A stretch of 37,925 bases of DNA from Rozella allomycis CSF55 (taxonomy: Eukaryota), in contig KE561025.1 in assembly GCA_000442015.1 (NCBI GenBank), positions 1 through 37,925 of the forward strand. The letters run 5' to 3'. The notes below the pieces were generated by a model. That model made no database searches. It worked only from the letters and a program-made list of their open reading frames with translations, and had not been told where the DNA came from. Shown here piece by piece: positions 11,556-21,522 of the stretch; within the stretch, counting starts at the first letter, position 1, and each line of letters opens with the position of its first letter. The translations under genes and the position numbers were made by a program.

Positions 11556-12263
11556 ATGAGTTCTACTACAGCACCACCGCCTGTCAATCGACGCAATAAA
11601 CCCAATATAAATGTCATCAAAGCGAATAAAAATTATAAGCCAATAAATGCCGGAGAGTTAGAGATTTATGAAGGAGATATTCTTTGTGTAATAGATAACA
11701 GCAGTAATCAGCAATACTGGACATGTAAATGCGGTTCAAATATTGGTCTTGTTCCTGTATCTTATAGTAAAATGACTTGTTTTTGAAAATTAAAGTGCAC
11801 GAAGAGGCAGAAATGATTGAAAATCCTATGCATGAAGCCGCAAAGAGATGCAATTTTGAATTGGTAGAGGACTATATCAATATTGGCTTGTCTGTAAATG
11901 CATTAGACAAAAGTGGGTGTACCCCACTTCATTGGGCGTGTAGGTCCGGTTACAAAGATATCGTACAACTTTTGTTGTCTAATGGCTGTTTGCCAAACAC
12001 ACAAGTAAAAATTATAATACCATGTTAAGTTGAATAAAATGGGTGATACTCCTCTCCACTTGGCATCATATGGCGGTCATTCTGAAATTGCAAAGATCCT
12101 ATTACAATGTACCGACATTAATACAGAAACTCTAAACAATGAAGGAAAAACAGCTTTAGAGCTCGCGAAAAATGATTCTGTCGGGGCCATTATTCAAAAG
12201 CATGTAATGTCATTTAACCGTGAAGATTTAAATGAAAATGAGGAGCAATCAGACTTTGATTAA
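11556..12263 (+). CDS. OSTF1: Osteoclast-stimulating factor 1 homologue (Pro-rich, SH3, ankyrin repeats, acidic tail)
   Basis: PPP N-terminus, SH3 (EL...EGDIL..W..GLVP.SY), ENPMHEAAKR, VNALDKSGCTPLHWAC, NKMGDTPLH and a C-terminal EEQSD. Two introns. Confidence 0.88.
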
Positions 12264-12269
12264 ATAAAT

Positions 12270-13005
12270 TTATTTGCGTTTCCAGATTCCCAATTTCTCT
12301 TTGCCTTTTCTTTTCTCAAAGCTTTCGCAGTCTGTAAGACTTATCAAGACAAAATTCTCTTCAAGTAGTTGCTTGTAACTATAAAATAAATTCCCTTTAG
12401 TTTTACATTTCAATTGATAACGAGAATGGCGGACCACCTTCGTGATCAGACAAGGGATACATCAGCGTTACAAGTAACCCACTGGGTTTAATTAAAGAAC
12501 CCATTCTGGAAGCCCATTGATTTCTAAAACTCGGATCTAACGCACATAGAAATGTGTAATCAAAAACTACGTCAGCAGGATTTGGCAAGGAAAGTTCAAA
12601 AAAGTCGGCGGCAATAAATTCCAGTTCATTATTCGAAATAGCCAACGAATTTTGCCTCTAATTAGTATCGTTATATAATATTTCTACTTTTCTATTTTCC
12701 TCTATTATTGGTTCGTACAAATCAATGCCATAAATTTTTCGCTTCCCGTTTACCAGTTCAAAGCAATCCAAGGCCAATGAAATAAATAATTAATTATTAC
12801 TTGACCGCATCCTGGAACAACAAAAGTACCACTCTCGGGAAGGACATTTTGCTTTAAAAGGTCTATCAATGCAGGTGCCGCACTTGACATGTTCCATGGT
12901 GTTATTTGATTATCCCACATTACCTTCCAGGCTGAATAAAGTCAATGACGTATCATTACCTTCTTTAGGGCCATGTTTATCATGAATTTCTTTAATGCTA
13001 CTCAT
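12270..13005 (-). CDS. TPMT-family thiol/halide methyltransferase (HOL1-like; 5 exons)
   Basis: W...W...TPW, VVPGCG, ADFF, FDYTFLCAL.P..R..WA and GGPPF motifs. Confidence 0.9.
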
Positions 13006-13158
13006 TGATCAATACCTTGAAATTCAGAAATTGTCCAAAAGTAGTCCAAATAATAAAATGTGGAAAATTTGTAAAAGAATGATTAATTATCCATTTATTT
13101 AACTGAAATAGTGTGAGATTCCTGTCATGTTCCATTTTGTTGTTTGTGGCTGGGTGCA

Positions 13159-15070
13159 ATGGAAGAGGTTACTGAAAACGTTTATCCAATAGCTGTATTA
13201 ATAGACGAGCTTAAGCATGAAGATGTTGCAATTAGGCTTAACGCTATTCATAGACTGGGAACTATTGCACTAGCCTTGGGTGTTGAGAGAGCTAGGGACG
13301 AGTTGGTACCTTTTTTAGAAGGTAAATGATGTTCTTGTAAAATATAAGACTCAATGGATGACGAAGACGAAGTTTTGGTAGCTCTTGCAGAAGAAATAGG
13401 GAAATTAACTGACTACATTGGGGGCCCTACTTTTGCACATGTTTTGTTGTCACCATTGGAAATCCTTGCTGCAATTGAAGAACCTACAGTTAGAGATAAA
13501 GTATTTTTGTAACTTAAATATGAAAGGCTGTTGAATCTTTAAATGGAATTGTTAGTAGAATGCCCTCAAAGCAGATAGAAGATTTCTTTTTACCTTTAAT
13601 ACGACGATTGGCAGGTGGTGATTGGTTCACTACAAGAACAAGTGCTGCTGGTTTATTTGGTCATTGTTATGAGTTGGTATCTCCATCAATACAAGAAGAA
13701 ATGCGAAAACTATTTACTCAACTTTGCCAAGATGAAACACCGATGGTGCGTAGAGCAGCAGCAACTCACTTAACAGTATATTAATTTAAATTTTTGTGAT
13801 AGTCTTTGGTGAATAAATTGTCAAGAGATCATTTAATAAATGAATTTGTACCATTGGTGGCAATGATTGTACAAGACGATCAAGTAACTATTTTGTTTTT
13901 TTATTGAAAGGATTCTGTGAGACTACTTGCAATTGATGTGATAATTTCAATTTGCAACAATCTTACAATAGATCTGATCAAAAGCCACTTGCTTGTCTTG
14001 ATAAGAACTTTGATATCCGATAAAAGTTGGAGAGTTCGTTACATGTTTGCAGATAAATTTTCAAATCTATCAAAAGTGGTTGGAAAAGAATTGACTCATT
14101 CAGAATTGGCATCTCCATTTTCCATGTTATTAAAGGATTCAGAAGCGGAAGTGAGAACGGCTTCTTGTGGTCAACTCTCAAGTAGAATAATTTGTCCAAA
14201 TTTAAGCATAGGGCTTGGAGGGTTGATTGATGTGGAATACGTGAAAAAGTTGATTTTGCCCGTTGTGAAAGAATTAACGACTGATAACTCTCAGCATGTA
14301 AGAGCAGCGTTAGCTGACAACGTTGCTGGTTTAGCACCTCTTGTTGGAAAAGACTTGACAATAGAAATTTTATTGCCACTCTTTTTGCAATTATTGAAAG
14401 ATGAGTTTCCTGATGTGAGATTAAATATTATTTCAAAATTGGGTAGCGTCAATGAAAGTAATTTGGTCCTTTACGTGTTATAGTTATTGGAGTCAATTCC
14501 CTCTCTCATTCACTTTTCCCTGCCATCGTTCAACTCTCTGAAGATAAAAATTGGAGAGTTAGACTTGCGATTATTGAACATATCCCTTTACTTGCGTCTC
14601 AACTTGGAATGCAATTCTTCAATGAGAAATTATGTGGCTTATGCCTCGGATGGCTTGGTGATTCAGTTTTTGCAATCAGAGAAGCAGCCATCAAAAATCT
14701 AAAAGGCCTCGTAGATATTTTTGGAAATGATTGGGCCAAAACAAAAATTATTCCAAAAGTTTTAGACACTTTAAGTCAAGCTAGTTTCCTCTACCGAATG
14801 ACTGCAATACATGCAATCGTTAGCCTTTCTTCTGTTATGAGCCAAGAATCTGTTAATGAATATCTTTTGCCTGCTTTAGCTCAACTTCAAGCAGATCCAA
14901 TTCCAAATATCCGGTTCAATGTGGCAAAAGCTTTTGGCTCTCTGGCACCTCTATTCAAAGATCAAGAAGCCATCATTTCGCAAAAGATTAAACCATGCCT
15001 TCAAAAATTATCAGAAGATTTGGATAATGACGTTCGTTTCTATGCCAGGGAAGCTTTGACTATCTGTTAA
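13159..15070 (+). CDS. TPD3: Protein phosphatase 2A scaffold subunit A (HEAT repeats)
   Basis: [40 protein letters not shown] and [12 protein letters not shown] motifs. Six introns of 26-30 nt. Confidence 0.97.
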
Positions 15071-15097
15071 ATAAAATGTTTGAAAATGAATGTTTAT

Positions 15098-15730
15098 TTA
15101 GTATCCATATTGAGAAAGTTCTGATTGAACGTTTGAAATTTCTGCTTGCTTGTTGACAGCAGCCTTCTTCTTCAAAGCAAGAAGAGCCTTCTTGCGTTCG
15201 TAGAATGCCTTGGATTTTGTCTTTCTCTTTTCTTCCAAAGTCTTGACAACTTCTTGGTATTTCCATCCATATTCTTGTGAGAGTCTAGAGAGAACACAGA
15301 ATTTGCGACCAGGCTTCAAACGGAGAACACGGAGAGCATCTGGGACAACAACTCTCTTGACTTTATCATATGGGGATGGAACTCCTTCAAATACTTTCAT
15401 ACGTTCCAAAGCAGCTGCTCCACGAGCAGTCTTGTGTGGAATCATACCGCGAACAACTCTCCAGAATATTCTGCTTGGTGCGCGGAAGTGAAATGGACCA
15501 CGGGATGGATTTACAACGCAACGTTTTCTAACAAATTCTGCATACTTTAATTTGTTGCGGAAAAAGGATCCAGAAATGTTGATTTCTTCACAACGAACAA
15601 CAACAACTTTTTGACCTTTCAAAAGTTGTTTGGCAACAATAGATGCAAGACGTCCAAGCAAATGGCCTTTGCCGTCAATAATAACAGTCTCGTTAAATTA
15701 CTACACTCTATTTACCTTTTCAAAAGTCAT
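15098..15730 (-). CDS. RPL16: 60S ribosomal protein uL13 (L16/L13a)
   Basis: Spliced [21 protein letters not shown] and [12 protein letters not shown]. One 27-nt intron ending GAG. Confidence 0.98.
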
Positions 15731-15820
15731 TCCTTTTTGCAGGGGTTTTTCGAAAAAATAAAAATTTTCCAAAGAAAATTCAGAAATTTCATTTACACTT
15801 TAATGGAGTAGAACTAATGT

Positions 15821-18652
15821 TTATTGATCATATTTTGCTAAAAGTTTAAGAAGAGGGCGAATAGAAAGCCACCATTGGTCCTTTGGTCTGCGCATTTTTG
15901 CATCAGCCTCTTTTACCAAACTTTGCACTGGTGTGTAAACCACATGACCTTGTTGAATGCCCAAAACAACTGCACTATCTGAAGTAATATCTTTTCCAAG
16001 CCAATTTTCAATAAACTGCATAGAGAGTACAGCGAATCTGGTTCCTCTTATTCTGTCCATGGGACTTGGGATTCTACCTTGTTGCAAGTGACCAAGTACT
16101 GCTGTCTTGGAATCAAATAATGGAGTGCCTTCTTCTTGGAAAATGTTAGACAGGACTTCTGTTGTGTATGTATCGCTCACACTCTCATTGCGAAGAACAA
16201 TGCGACCGATTCTTTTGTCTTCATGAAAATGCTTTTTCAAATGATCCACATCGTTTGATATATCGTTCAATGTTATTCCTTCTTCATGGATGTAAGTTCT
16301 AACTGCACCTGAAGCCAAACCACCAAGAGTTGCCAAGTATCCGCATCTTCCTCCTTGAACTTCAACGACGAAAACTCTGTTTCTGGAAGCAGAAGCTGAA
16401 CACTTTATTGTATCACATGCCTCAACAATGGCATTTAATGCGGTGTCTGAACCAATAGAATATTCAGTACCTTTGAAGTTAGTAATAAAAATATAAAATA
16501 CCAGGAACATTATTAGATACAGTTGCAGGAATACAAACCATTGGAATGCAAAATGCAGGATAATTTGGCCTGTTTTCTTCAAGCTTCGCCAAAGACGTAT
16601 ACGCCTCAAACCCTCCGACAATAATCAAGCCTTGGATTCCAAATTTTTGCATTTGATAAGCGACCATTCCCAAGTTTTTGACTGGCAGTGTTCTGTTTAC
16701 ACCAAGCTCCGAACCTGCCTTCATTGTCCATCCGTCAACATCCATCCATTTCATTTCTTTGAAGTCTCCATTGATTAATCCATCAAATCCATTGTAGACA
16801 GCGTAAACAATATAGCCTTTATGAAGTCCGTACCGAACAGCTGCTCTTGTTGCTGCGTTCATGCCAGCGCAGGGAGCACCACAGTTTAATATCGCTATTT
16901 TCACCTAATGTTACAAATCAATATATCATTTACTGAAGTTTTTGATTCTTCTAAAACTTTCTTGTTTAAAACCAGAGACTCTGATATTTCATAAGCTGCA
17001 CGAAAGTCAGGATCACGGAGTTCAAACGCTCTTTTGAAGTCCTTGGCTTCGACTGCCTTTGCTACTGCAAGAGTCTATAAACCCATTAAAATCTTTTTAC
17101 CATTTGTACAGCTTCCATCAATGGAACACATGTTATTTTGTTTTCATTATAGGCAATCAATGGTGACGGCTTGTTTTCAGAAGATGACAACACTTCTTCA
17201 ACGGCTTTAGATCCTTGAAGGGTGGCCTATTATAGTGAAGTTGACTTTTTTTTACCAAAATCCTGTCAAAAGCTGTGGGGAATCCACCCCTTTGTACATG
17301 TCCTAATGTTGTGACTCTTGTATCATAGTTTAGTTTCTTTGAAAGAACGTCTTTTATTTTTTCACACTTAATTGGCTGGTTGTTTCTATCTAACGCTCCT
17401 TCTGACACAACAATAATGACTTTTCTTTTTCCAAGTTGACGATGCTTAATTAACCAAAACAATTTAATAATACCTTCTTAAGAACATCACACATATCTTC
17501 TTCCCACGTTTCTGCTGGAGGCGCTTCTGGTATAAACAACCAATCAGCGCCAGTAGCTAGTGAGGCCATTAATGCTAACCAACCACAATGTCTACCCATA
17601 ACTTCAATTATAAAAGCTCTTTGATGTGAGCTTGCTGTAGAAGATATTGAATCTATAGCTTCCACTATTCTATGAAGGGATGTATTGGCGCCAATGGTCA
17701 TTTCTGTTCCTACCATGTCATTGTCAATCGATCCAACCATTCCAACAATTGACAAGTGCTGGTGCCTTTTTGCCAAATCTGCGGTTATTTTTCCCGAGTC
17801 CACAAGTTCTTGCAACAATCCATTCCATTCACTTCTAAATATATCGGCACCTGTTAATGATCCGTCTCCCCCGTTAACAATCAAGCTATCAATTCCTAAA
17901 GACACTAAATTATAACACGCTTTTAATCTTCCTGATCTTTCCCTGAATTCTTTGCACCTAGCTGTTCCTATTGCAGTCCCACCCTTAACCTAAATGTTTT
18001 ACAATAGAATTACTGTCGACAAAATTCCAGCAACATCATTCCATTCCATTTTCTTAATTAATTCATTACCAGTAACCAATCCTTATTTGGATTATATTTT
18101 TTTGATACCTTGATAGCCTTCATAGACTGCATACGCATCGCACCCTTTAGCGATTGCTACACGCACAATAGCCCTTATAGAGGCATTCATTCCACATGAA
18201 TCTCCTCCAGACATTAAAAAAGCTACCTTGCGTTTAAAATCCGATTTTGCCTGCTGCTTAGAAGATGGACTTTCATTTTTGGTCTCCACCTTGTCAATAA
18301 GAGCCTTCTCGCTGAAAAGACTTTCTTTATTTGTTAATACTAATTTGGTTCCAATAGGATCATTAAAACTATAAATTTGCTGTCCGTTTTCTGCTGTTGA
18401 GTTGAATGAAACATTCATGCATTTTAACTTTTCTTCGATATTGGTTGCAGCAAAAACTAAGGTATCGTTTAGTGTTTTGCCGGACGAGGATACAACCCGT
18501 ATTTCCAATGATAATGGAGATGAGCTGAACAATGAGAGCTTGTAAATTGATTTTCCCTTTTCGACCAAACTGAAACCAAAGTCACTATAGAATTTAAGCA
18601 ACTTATCAACTTCATGAGCTTGGCAATCCAATTGAATATGGCTGAAGTTCAT
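15821..18652 (-). CDS. PFK: ATP-dependent 6-phosphofructokinase with fungal-type N-terminal glyoxalase-like domain (8 exons)
   Basis: [42 protein letters not shown] and the second half [10 protein letters not shown] ... LGHLQQG. About 140-aa N-terminal extension. Confidence 0.97.
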
Positions 18653-18950
18653 TGGTTAAAGTGGTCGATATTTCGTAAACAAAAACAAAAGGTTTAATAA
18701 ATACGATTATTCAAATAACTGTATATATTTAAAATATAAAAAAAATGGTAAAGCCTTGTTGGATTTGTTTTTTTGGTACTTGTCTTAGAGATCTGTACAA
18801 GAACAGTGAATTTGGGTAGCTTAATTTTGATAATAATGAAATGATTAGTCCCCATTTAAAACTTAAAACGTGAAATAAGTCAAAATAAGTGAGAAAGAAT
18901 GTTCAATAGTTTTTGGAGAGATTTAAAAACAGGTAGCTTTAATAATTTAT

Positions 18951-19841
18951 TCAATGCGACATTAATTTATACTTTCCTTCATGTCCAGTTTTGGTTACTT
19001 TTTTGCATTTCAAAAGAATAAACATTATAGATCTGACCATAGTTTCATCTAAGTTGTAACAAGTGGTTCTATTTACCAATCCCTGAAAACACATCACCCG
19101 GCAAAAATTCAGTAGTAAGAGGGAAGTTCACGCCACAGAGAATTCCATTCAATGTCTAAATTTGTAACATAATTAAAAAATTACTGATAATGATATCAAA
19201 TCTTTCAAATAATCGTCAATATCATTATACATGCTATTCGAAACTTCGATTTGTGTATGCCTCTGATCAATATTTGTAGTTAATTCTAAATCAAGATCTA
19301 GAGTCTTAGAGGAGACAGAGGTTAGGGTTTCACGTGATTTTAAAATAGCCAAAGAATGACTAGAAAGGCCTAGAGAATCAAGTCTCAAGGATCCCTCTGA
19401 GAAATCGGAACCATCGGAATCGAAACAAACAGAATTGTTTTGAACGGATTCTACAATCTCATCTTGAAAAGCTTTTTCATCATCATCTTGGATACATTTA
19501 TACTCATCAAATGGCTTATATCCATACGGTTTTAGATTGCTTTCAATTCCATCAAGGGTATCGTCGATATCCTTGCACTTTACGGACATGTTTTCATACA
19601 TTTCTTTAAATGTCTTTCTTCCAGTGCTTCCACTTAATATATCAATTTCAACCTTTTTTTCGTGTTCGTCAAGTAACTTTTCAAAAAGCCTCAAGCATGA
19701 TTGAGGTCGACTTAAGTTTTCCTCTTGCTCGACCAGAAATTGGCATTTTTCATTGAGCTTCTGTATTTTCTTTATATATTCAAAATAAGCTTCATCAAAT
19801 TCAGCTTCTAGATTGTCAATGAAACTCAAACCACCAAGCAT
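18951..19841 (-). CDS. SKA3: Ska3-like kinetochore protein (3 exons)
   Basis: N-terminal coiled coil ending LKPYGYKP, central LRLDSLGLS motif, and a C-terminal winged-helix-like domain reached through 29- and 28-nt introns. Recognised from memory of Ska3 motifs. Confidence 0.65.
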
Positions 19842-19877
19842 GCAAAGCCACAGTTCTCAGTGTGAGCTTTCATAAAA

Positions 19878-20898
19878 ATGTTTGGAAGTTCCAAATTTGA
19901 TCAAGAAGACTTTAACTTTCACAGATACCTTTTGGATTTGCCTTTATCCAAGGAACATGTATCTTTTAAAAATGCACCAGGAGGAAATAATGTAGGGTAC
20001 ATTGAAGGTTGGAGATCAATAAAATTGGCAAACGATATCTTTGGATTTAATGGCTGGTCCTCATCTATATTAGATTTAACTGTTGACTTTGTAATTGAAT
20101 TGATTCCGTCCAATTCTTAGATTGATGAAAAGGAGGGAAAATTCTCTGTTGGAGTATCTTGCCTTGTGCGCATATTTCTAAAGGATGGATCTTTTCATGA
20201 TGTAATATCGGAAACTTTAAACTAATTAGGATATTGGATACGGAAATGCTGAAAATATGAGATCCAAAGGTTTGGCCATCGAAAAGGCCAAGAAAGAAGC
20301 ATGCACAGACGCTGTAAAGAGATGCCTGAGAAATTTCGGTCAATCATTAGGAAATTGTTTGTATGATAAATCCTACGCTAGCATGATAAAAAGACCACAA
20401 AATAATAAGGGGTCAACGGAAGAGATGTTTACATCAGCTGATAATGCCAAAATAAAACGACCAAAGATAAATGAAAATATTAAAATTGACGCGAATGAAA
20501 AACCAAGGCTTGTTGATATTCCGACTATAGAAAACTCACATTTAAGGAAACTGTCGAAGCCATTAGAAAATACTACTCCTCTAGAATCAAAAAAGCAAGA
20601 TGCTAGATTTGCTTCAAGTGTAATTGGGTCAACAGAGAATCCTGTCCCAATCAGACTTGAAAACAAACCAATTCCGACCTATGAGAGCAAAAGAAGCATA
20701 ATAACTAATGGTTCGCCTAACGCGGAAAAAATGAGATATCCTCCAATAACTAATGATTCGCCTAACGCGGAAAAAATGAGATATCCTCCACCTGCATTAA
20801 AGTCAAATGCTTACGCTTCCTTGGAAAGTGTCAATGAATTTCATGTAAGCACATACAAATCATTTCCTGTTAATCCTACAACTCCTAGAAGGCCTTGA
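19878..20898 (+). CDS. RAD52: DNA repair protein Rad52 (3 exons)
   Basis: YIEGW...LANDIFGFNGWSSSI, LKDGSFH.DIGYG and EKAKKEACTDAVKRCLRNFG..LGNCLYDK motifs. Introns at 20091-20120 and 20202-20229. Confidence 0.95.
20701..20790 (+). repeat. 45-bp tandem duplication in the RAD52 tail (ITNxSPNAEKMRYPP x2)
   Basis: 20701-20745 and 20746-20790 differ at one base. Confidence 0.95.
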
Positions 20899-21013
20899 CG
20901 ATAATTACATCATATAATTAAAGTTTAGAGAGGCTCCACAATAAATAAATAAAGAATGTTATCAATTAATTTTTATTTTGCAATAAATACGTCGGAGATT
21001 TTGTTGATTGGGA

Positions 21014-21502
21014 ATGCTGTTGCATACTTTAACCTATTTAATCTCAATAATCGGAGTAGCTTTTTCAAAGGTCTATTTAACTATTGAAGCCTCAAATTAT
21101 GAGCCCTCGTCCACTGTTGAAATACCTGGGAACATAAAGACAACTTTTGTCCTTGACCAAGGAGCGTGCAGAAAGTCGAATTCTAAATTTGATGTTTCAC
21201 TTACATGGAATTATCCACCAAAGAATGGTGAATTGCATTTCTATGAAAACCAAGAAAAGAAGAAACGAGGTGAACCTTTTGCAATTGTCAAAGCACTTGA
21301 AACTACGTATATGCTTCCTCCTATTTGCGAATTAAAGAATGAAGAGCATAATGAATATGTTGTTAAAGTAAAGAAACCTGCGAATAGCATATTCCTTGGA
21401 GCTCAGTCTGTAATTGACTTTAAGTTTGAAGAAACGGAAACCAAAAAGAAGGTAATTTATTTCAAAGAAGGTAGTGCGTCTGGGTATAGGGGAAATAAAT
21501 AA
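21014..21502 (+). CDS. Hypothetical secreted protein, about 162 aa
   Basis: Signal-peptide-like MLLHTLTYLISIIGVAFS, intronless, beta-rich, with two Cys. Confidence 0.7.
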   Translation: MLLHTLTYLISIIGVAFSKVYLTIEASNYEPSSTVEIPGNIKTTFVLDQGACRKSNSKFDVSLTWNYPPKNGELHFYENQEKKKRGEPFAIVKALETTYMLPPICELKNEEHNEYVVKVKKPANSIFLGAQSVIDFKFEETETKKKVIYFKEGSASGYRGNK

Positions 21503-21522
21503 AAATGATTAATTGAATTTTC

